Virus record (IMG/VR): IMGVR_UViG_3300025362_000004 | Location: 32,001-96,000 of that record | From: a virus | Strand: one strand, 5' to 3' | Length of the DNA: 64,000 nucleotides | Shown: in pieces, positions 57,969-64,000 of the stretch | Layout: every line of letters begins with the position of its first letter | Numbering within the stretch: position 1 is the stretch's first letter | Notes under the pieces: generated by a model | What the model was told of the DNA's origin: nothing | What the model saw: only the letters and a program-made list of their open reading frames with translations | Database searches by the model: none | Program-made: the position numbers and the translations under genes

Positions 57969-58544
57969 ATGTTAGTTTTATTTAAAAATATGAAACAAGA
58001 TAATATACTCGTTTTCGATGCCGAATATAATGAAGGAGACTTAATTCAATTTGCTGGGATATTATTTCGGAAAATAGAAGAAGATATTTTTCAAGTTCAT
58101 AAATCAATTAATTTCTATGTAAAGTTAGATGGAACAAAAATTAATTATTTTATAGAACGATTTACTGGTATTACAGACGAGTATTTAGAAGAAGAAGGGA
58201 TTAACCTTTCAGAAGCAAAAGAAAAAATAGATGAGTTATTAAGAGAATCTAATAACACATTAATAGTTAGCCACGGATTATATAACGATAGATTAACTTT
58301 AGAGAATAATGGTATCGATTTTTATGAAATGGAAGAATGCGTTACAGGACTATGTACATATAATATGTCCAAAAGAATATTAAAAAGAGATAATCATTTA
58401 AAATTAGAAGATGTTGCAAGTGAAGCGGGGATCTTCCTTTCACGCAAGCATAATGCTTTTGATGACACCTGGGCAACGGTTGCGGTTTTTAGCCTATTGT
58501 GTAAACTTGATGCGGAGGAAACAGATGAAAAAAGTATTTTATAA
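57969..58544 (+). CDS. DEDDh 3'-5' exonuclease (DnaQ-like)
   Basis: VFDAE, TGIT, SHG..ND and HNAFDD motifs. Confidence 0.88.
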   Translation: MLVLFKNMKQDNILVFDAEYNEGDLIQFAGILFRKIEEDIFQVHKSINFYVKLDGTKINYFIERFTGITDEYLEEEGINLSEAKEKIDELLRESNNTLIVSHGLYNDRLTLENNGIDFYEMEECVTGLCTYNMSKRILKRDNHLKLEDVASEAGIFLSRKHNAFDDTWATVAVFSLLCKLDAEETDEKSIL

Positions 58545-58974
58545 TTATGATAAGATGGATTTAGAACGAAGAAAATCCTATAAAAAGGTAGTTTTCAATT
58601 TGAATGTTCCGAACTTTTATGGAATGGAATTTTTTCAAGAGATTGATAAAAAGATAATAGAGTTTATAAATGAACTAGATAAAAATGAGCCAACAGTAAT
58701 CCAAATAGTTGGTGATTTTAGTTTGGTTAAAAATGAAGAGCCAGCAGATATTGAGGATTTTTTAACTTCAATCGTGGCTCTATTTATTTCTGCCATTCAT
58801 ATTAAAACGGAAAAATCAGATAGGGAGCATAGATTGGCAGTACCTCAAAAGTTAGCCAATATAAATCTGCCCTATACTTCAAAATTAAAAATAATAAATT
58901 ATAAATTAAGACTTCCGATCTTTACGATAGAAATCTTAAATGAAAAGCAAGAAATTTTGCTAAAAATATTTTAG
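58525..58974 (+). CDS. Hypothetical protein
   Basis: GGAGG RBS. Confidence 0.75.
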   Translation: MKKVFYNYDKMDLERRKSYKKVVFNLNVPNFYGMEFFQEIDKKIIEFINELDKNEPTVIQIVGDFSLVKNEEPADIEDFLTSIVALFISAIHIKTEKSDREHRLAVPQKLANINLPYTSKLKIINYKLRLPIFTIEILNEKQEILLKIF

Positions 58975-58982
58975 GTGATATA

Positions 58983-59474
58983 ATGAAAATATTATTATTA
59001 ACAACTGTTGAGCCAACTCAAGCGGCTATAGACTATAGAGAATTAACTGATGTAATAGATATTAAAAATATTAGTTTAATTTCAATACCATTTTTTGCTG
59101 AGATTGATTCAATGAATAATGGGAGATTATATCTTCCTACTTTATTTGCAATGTATAAAGCAATGACAGATAAACCAACTCAAAAAAAGATATTTGATAA
59201 AAGGCATACATTGATTATTGGGAACTCATATAAGAGTGAGAAGTTTGATATGATTATATCTTTAGGTGATTCTTCAGAAGATACCTATACAAAAATGATA
59301 AGAGATTCACAAGAATATAAAGAGTTTAATTTATTAGTAGAAGCAGAAAAATTATACGACTGGCAAGATGCAGAGTTAAACTTTCCTACAATAAGACACG
59401 TCATACTATTTTTAGAAGGAGTTATAAAAGATGGAACAATTCAACGAAAAGCAAAAACTAGCAATACAATGTAA
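58983..59474 (+). CDS. Hypothetical protein
   Basis: AGGTG RBS. Confidence 0.75.
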   Translation: MKILLLTTVEPTQAAIDYRELTDVIDIKNISLISIPFFAEIDSMNNGRLYLPTLFAMYKAMTDKPTQKKIFDKRHTLIIGNSYKSEKFDMIISLGDSSEDTYTKMIRDSQEYKEFNLLVEAEKLYDWQDAELNFPTIRHVILFLEGVIKDGTIQRKAKTSNTM

Positions 59475-60699
59475 TGAAACAGAAATAGTTATTATCGCGC
59501 CTGCGGGAAGTGGTAAGACTACAACACTTGTTGGCGCAATTACAAGATATAAAAATGAAAATCCTGATTCAAAAGTAGTGGCTATTACATTCACCCGTAA
59601 AGCCGCAGAGGATTTATCAAATAAATTAATGGAATATACTAATATAAGAACGTCAACTATTCATAGTTGGGCTTATACAGAATTAGATATATTATCAAAA
59701 AGAGTTTCAAAAGAGTTTCCTCAAAATACTTTTAAAGTAAAATTGTTAGAGGAAGATAGAATTAAAGAAATACTTAATAGTATCATTAAAAATAGAGGTT
59801 ATAAATACTTAAATATGTATCAATTATATAGTTATGTTATGGGTAATTATAATATTGAGGTTAATGATAAACTAAAAAGAGTATTTCAGTCAGTAAAAGA
59901 TAGTTATGTAGCGTATAAAGAAGATAATGGTTTATATGATTTCACAGATTTACCACAATACTTACTTGATAAGTTAAATGACTACGGGTTAAACATTGAA
60001 AAAATAGATGCATTATTTGTTGATGAGTTTCAAGACGTAGATGAAACACAATTAGAATTATTTAATCGTGTTCCTGCGCAAAAGAAGTTTTATATTGGAG
60101 ACCCACAGCAAGCAATTTATATTTTTAGAGGTGCTACTCCAGATGTTTTAGATAAGTTAGATGATTTTAAAACACACGATTTGAATATAAATTACAGAAG
60201 TTATCAAGAGATTGTAGACTTCGCAAGCAGTGTTCAAGATAAAGCAATGATTCAAGGAGTAAATTTCACTATTGAAAAAGAATCATCAAGAAGTAATATT
60301 GAATGTATTAAAGGATATGGTGGAAATGTTTATACTCTTAATGCTTCTGGAGATGCATATAAAGTAAATGAGTATATAAGAGTAAAAGGCATTGATGTCA
60401 TACGTGGATTTATTATGAGAAATTCAATGATATTGTGTAGAAAAAATAAAGAAGTAAGAGCAATAAAGAATTTAGGTTATGATAATGTTTCAACAATACA
60501 TCAAGCAAAAGGGTTAGAATACGAAAGTGTTATTATAACAAGTTTCGAACTAGCACCTGGTAATATGGAAGAAATAAATATTGCATATGTCGGAATGACA
60601 AGGGCTGAAGATTATCTATTAGCGGCTGACTACAACGCATTTATATATCTATTACCAAAAATTATGCCAGATTATAAAAAAGCAAATAGTTTATTTTAG
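59431..60699 (+). CDS. UvrD/Rep-family SF1 helicase
   Basis: APAGSGKT, ITFT, VDEFQD, GDPQQAIYIFRG, NYRS, TIHQAKGLE and YVGMTRA motifs. Confidence 0.95.
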   Translation: MEQFNEKQKLAIQCNETEIVIIAPAGSGKTTTLVGAITRYKNENPDSKVVAITFTRKAAEDLSNKLMEYTNIRTSTIHSWAYTELDILSKRVSKEFPQNTFKVKLLEEDRIKEILNSIIKNRGYKYLNMYQLYSYVMGNYNIEVNDKLKRVFQSVKDSYVAYKEDNGLYDFTDLPQYLLDKLNDYGLNIEKIDALFVDEFQDVDETQLELFNRVPAQKKFYIGDPQQAIYIFRGATPDVLDKLDDFKTHDLNINYRSYQEIVDFASSVQDKAMIQGVNFTIEKESSRSNIECIKGYGGNVYTLNASGDAYKVNEYIRVKGIDVIRGFIMRNSMILCRKNKEVRAIKNLGYDNVSTIHQAKGLEYESVIITSFELAPGNMEEINIAYVGMTRAEDYLLAADYNAFIYLLPKIMPDYKKANSLF

Positions 60700-60712
60700 A
60701 AGGAGAAAGAAA

Positions 60713-61801
60713 ATGAAGATAAGTAAAGAAGAATTTAGAACAACTTACTGGAATATGCCTGCCATGAAATACTATGAAGGAGATTTATCAAAACAAAAAG
60801 CATTAGATATGATAGATAATAACAATAATAATTGTGTTGCTATGGTTAAGTGGGATGGCGAATGGAATATGTCTATTATTGATGAAGATGAAACATTAAT
60901 GAGAGGTCGTAATAAAACTGTTAGCGGCGACTATAAGAATCGCGCAGATTGGTTACCACATATAACTAAACAACTACAATCTATTTTTCCTTCTGGAACA
61001 GTTTTCTTAGGAGAGGTATCATTTAATGACATAACTAAAACGTCTAAAGACGTTGGAACAATAATGAGATGTAATGTTAGTAAAGCATTAGAGCGACAAC
61101 AAAGAGGCCCATTATCATTCCATATTTTTGATTGTCTATGTTATGATTATGAAGACCTTCGGAAAAAAACATTTGAAGAAAGAATCCAAGTGGTCTACGA
61201 TAACTATAAGCAAGTAATAGATTATATTTATCCCGTTGCTATTGTAAAAGAAAATTTTATGGATTTTGCAGAAAAAGTTTGGGCTAAAGGTGGAGAAGGA
61301 GTTCTTGTTATTAAAAGGAACGAACCTTATAGAGCTGGCTCAAGAAAAGCTTGGTCAAGTCTAAAATTGAAAAAGAAACTTGGAGAAATTAAAGTAAAAG
61401 TAATAGACCTTATTGAACCAAATAGAGACCACGAGGGAACTAGTGGAGAAGCTTGGCAATACTGGTTAATACAAAAGAACATTAATTTCGGTGAAGTTGG
61501 TAGAGCTATTTGGATAGATGAAGAATTTTGTAAAACACGCAAAATGATTAAAGACCCATTCCATAGAACTTTACCTGTAACTAAGCCATACTGGAATAAA
61601 TGGAAAAATGGTGTTTTAGTTGAACATGAAGGAAATAGAATTAGAGTAGCGTCTGGATTAGACGATGCAACTAGAGAATGGCTAGCAACGCCTGAAGCGG
61701 CTGAATTGCTAGAGAAAGAAGAATTATTCGTAAATATAACTGGCATGGAAATTACTGACGACAGTATCAGACATCCAGTATTTTTAGGAGTTATAAAATA
61801 A
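60713..61801 (+). CDS. ATP-dependent DNA ligase
   Basis: KWDGE, GE, FD, EGVLV, KLK and RHPVF motifs. Confidence 0.9.
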   Translation: MKISKEEFRTTYWNMPAMKYYEGDLSKQKALDMIDNNNNNCVAMVKWDGEWNMSIIDEDETLMRGRNKTVSGDYKNRADWLPHITKQLQSIFPSGTVFLGEVSFNDITKTSKDVGTIMRCNVSKALERQQRGPLSFHIFDCLCYDYEDLRKKTFEERIQVVYDNYKQVIDYIYPVAIVKENFMDFAEKVWAKGGEGVLVIKRNEPYRAGSRKAWSSLKLKKKLGEIKVKVIDLIEPNRDHEGTSGEAWQYWLIQKNINFGEVGRAIWIDEEFCKTRKMIKDPFHRTLPVTKPYWNKWKNGVLVEHEGNRIRVASGLDDATREWLATPEAAELLEKEELFVNITGMEITDDSIRHPVFLGVIK

Positions 61802-61815
61802 ATACGAGGTGTATA

Positions 61816-62856
61816 ATGCAAGTTAAAAAAAGAAATGGAGAACTTGAAGATTTTAATTTAATGAAAATCGCCAAGGCAGTATATAGAGCAAGGCTTGATG
61901 CGGGTTATGAAAAAGACTTAGAGCGTTGCGTTGATGAAGCAAAAATAATCATGAAAGATATTGTTAATGGTAAAACTTTAGATATTGAAACAATTCAAGA
62001 TGAGATAGAAAAGTATTTTATTAAAAATGATGATATAGAAGTATTTAAACTTTTCACTTTCTATCGTGAAAAAAGACGACAAGACAGAGCTAATCCATGA
62101 GCCAATAATGACGAGCGTCAAGATTTAATACTTCAAAAATATTTACTTCCAACAGAAACTAAAAAGGAATTTTTAGATAGAATATCACTTGGGAGAACAG
62201 ACCTTCTTAAGATTTTTAGAAATCGAGAGGGTATTTGAGGTGGAAGAAACCTTTTTGCGATAGGTAGAGACGGTAATATTACTGGTTCTAATTGTTATGT
62301 TGCTGAAAATCCAACAGATAGTTTAGAGGATATTTATAGAGTAGCTTTTGATATTGCTAAAACTTATAGTTATGGTGGTGGACAAGGTATGAACTTATCT
62401 AATCTTAGACCTAAGGGCGCTAAAGTAAATAATAGTAGTAATACGACACCTGGTGTCATGACTTTTGCAGAGTTATATTCATTTATTACTTTACACACAC
62501 AACAAGAAAGTAGACGTGGAGCACTAATGCTTATGTTAAATATTGACCACCCAGATATAATTGATTTTATTACTTCTAAGCTAGACTTATCTAAAATTAC
62601 AGGTGCTAATATTAGCCTTGCGATTACGGATGATTTTATGGAAGCATATAATAATAATAAAGATTGAAATTTAACTTTTGAAACGCCTTATGAGATGATA
62701 GTAAAAACTGTAAATGCAAGAGATTTAATGCATTTAATTAGTTACTCAGCTCATACAATGGGAGACCCAGGATTCATTTACATTGATAATGTTAATAATT
62801 ATCATTTATTAAGTGAATATGATGAAGTAGAATTTACAGCTACAAACCCGTGTGGT
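61816..62856 (+). CDS. nrdJ: Class II (B12-dependent) ribonucleotide reductase, exon 1, with ATP cone (TGA=Trp at 62098, 62236, 62665)
   Basis: VKKRNG ATP cone, SNCYV, GGGQG, RRGALM, HPDI, ANIS, DPG and ATNPCG motifs. Confidence 0.88.
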
Positions 62857-63183
62857 GAACTGCTTGCCTCACATTAAACATCGAGCAATATCGGTGAAGG
62901 CTTAACTGCTAATACCGAGATAAGTTACACTTTAATAGGTGTAACCATCGTAACGCATAGATAATGAAACTTTTGATACACCGCGTGCGGCGATCCGGAC
63001 TGGTTCAAAAGAATATAATTTATCCACGAGTGCTCGATATATAATCCCCTACGGATTATATAAAAATATATGCTGACCTACCAGATGAATAAATCTGGAA
63101 AGCCGCGTCTAATTGTCATACGACAGTGGTTGAACGAAAGTTCTAGAAGTAGAGAATAAAAAGTCTTTACGATAACAATAAAG
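62857..63183 (+). mobile_element. Group I intron (327 nt, no endonuclease ORF) in the RNR active-site codons
   Basis: Splicing restores NPCG|EQPL; exon ends in U, intron ends in G; P1 GCCTCAC, P10 TGCTT/GAGCA, P7 GCATA/TATGC. Confidence 0.9.
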
Positions 63184-64000
63184 GAGCAACCTTTAATGGC
63201 AAATGGTTCATGCAACCTCGGAAGTATTAACTTAAATGCTTTTGTAAGAAAAAATTTTACTGAAGAGGCGTATTTTGATTCTGGAAGATTTATTGAAGTA
63301 GTTAAATCTATGATTAGTGGATTAGATGAATTATTAGATATAATGGGTGAAAGACATGCATTGGCATCTCAAAGAGAACATGTTATAGAATGGCGTGAAG
63401 TTGGATTAGGAGTTATGGGACTTGCTGATTTAGCTTTAAGTATGGGATTAGGATATGGAACATCTGAATTTATTAAAGTTCTTGATGTGATTATGTCTAC
63501 AATGGCTAATGCGGCGGCGCAAGCGTCGGTTGAATTAGCGGTAGAAAAAGGAACATTCCCGAAATATGATTATGAAAAGATTTCTAGTTCAAGGTTCTTT
63601 AATGAAGTCTATTCAGAAGAAACAAAAAATATGATACAAGAGTATGGTTTAAGAAATAGTAGATTACTAAGTATTGCACCAACTGGTAGTATATCAAATA
63701 TTATTGGAGTTAGTGGCGGCGTTGAGCCTTATTTTATGCTTGGCTATCAAAGAACTATTAAGTCTATGTTCGAGGATGAAAAGACAATTTGAATTTACGA
63801 AAAAACTCCGTTAAAAATGATGAAGTATTTCAAACTTGAAAATCATTATGATTTACCTGATTGGGCTAAAATAACTTCACAGAATATTAATGTTAATTCA
63901 AGATTAAAAGTTCAAGAGACTATTCAAAAATATGTTGATACAGCAATTTCTTCAACATTTAATTTACCTAATGATGCTACAACTGGAGATGTCGAAGGTA
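63184..64000 (+). CDS. nrdJ: Class II ribonucleotide reductase, exon 2 (runs off the window; TGA=Trp at 63790)
   Basis: EQPL...SCNLGSINL, GLGVMGLAD, GLRNS..LSIAPTGSIS and QKYVDTAISSTFNLP motifs. Confidence 0.9.

Noticed and set aside
61327-61821. 164-aa antisense ORF and other minus-strand shadows (6414, 13888, 43107, 48207)
   Set aside because: Antisense shadows of well-supported plus-strand genes
62695-62877. Separate 60-aa ORF ending NPCGELLASH
   Set aside because: Part of nrdJ exon 1 reading into the intron

Overview
This window is a fragment of a large, very AT-rich lytic phage genome. The host is probably a Mollicutes/Bacillota lineage; InlB B-repeat and SipW-type signal-peptide genes hint at Acholeplasmatales/Izemoplasmatales (inference). 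No structural genes, integrase or CRISPR array are visible. Layout: (1) 3' part of thyX. (2) A ~10.5-kb array of 20 mostly single-gene cassettes, each opened by a 21-bp palindrome plus a sigma70-type promoter and closed by a terminator, preceded by six tandem perfect cre-like operators. (3) A minus-strand block of small ORFans (16.4-25.9 kb). (4) A very large RNA/translation region: about 45 tRNA or tRNA-like genes covering all 20 amino acids, a full tmRNA, a tag-less mini-tmRNA, an RNase P RNA, three D-armless tRNA mimics, several large structured ncRNAs (about 0.25-0.9 kb), and a TerD-domain Ro-like protein flanked by five Y-RNA-like units, two carrying permuted tRNA modules. (5) DNA metabolism genes: exonuclease, UvrD helicase, ATP-dependent ligase, and a class II ribonucleotide reductase split by a group I intron. 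The genome appears dual-coded. TGA is read as Trp in a subset of genes (thyX, nrdJ, a holin-like gene and others) but is avoided or used as a stop elsewhere, and the phage encodes its own tRNA-Trp(UCA). All calls were made by eye; no searches were run.
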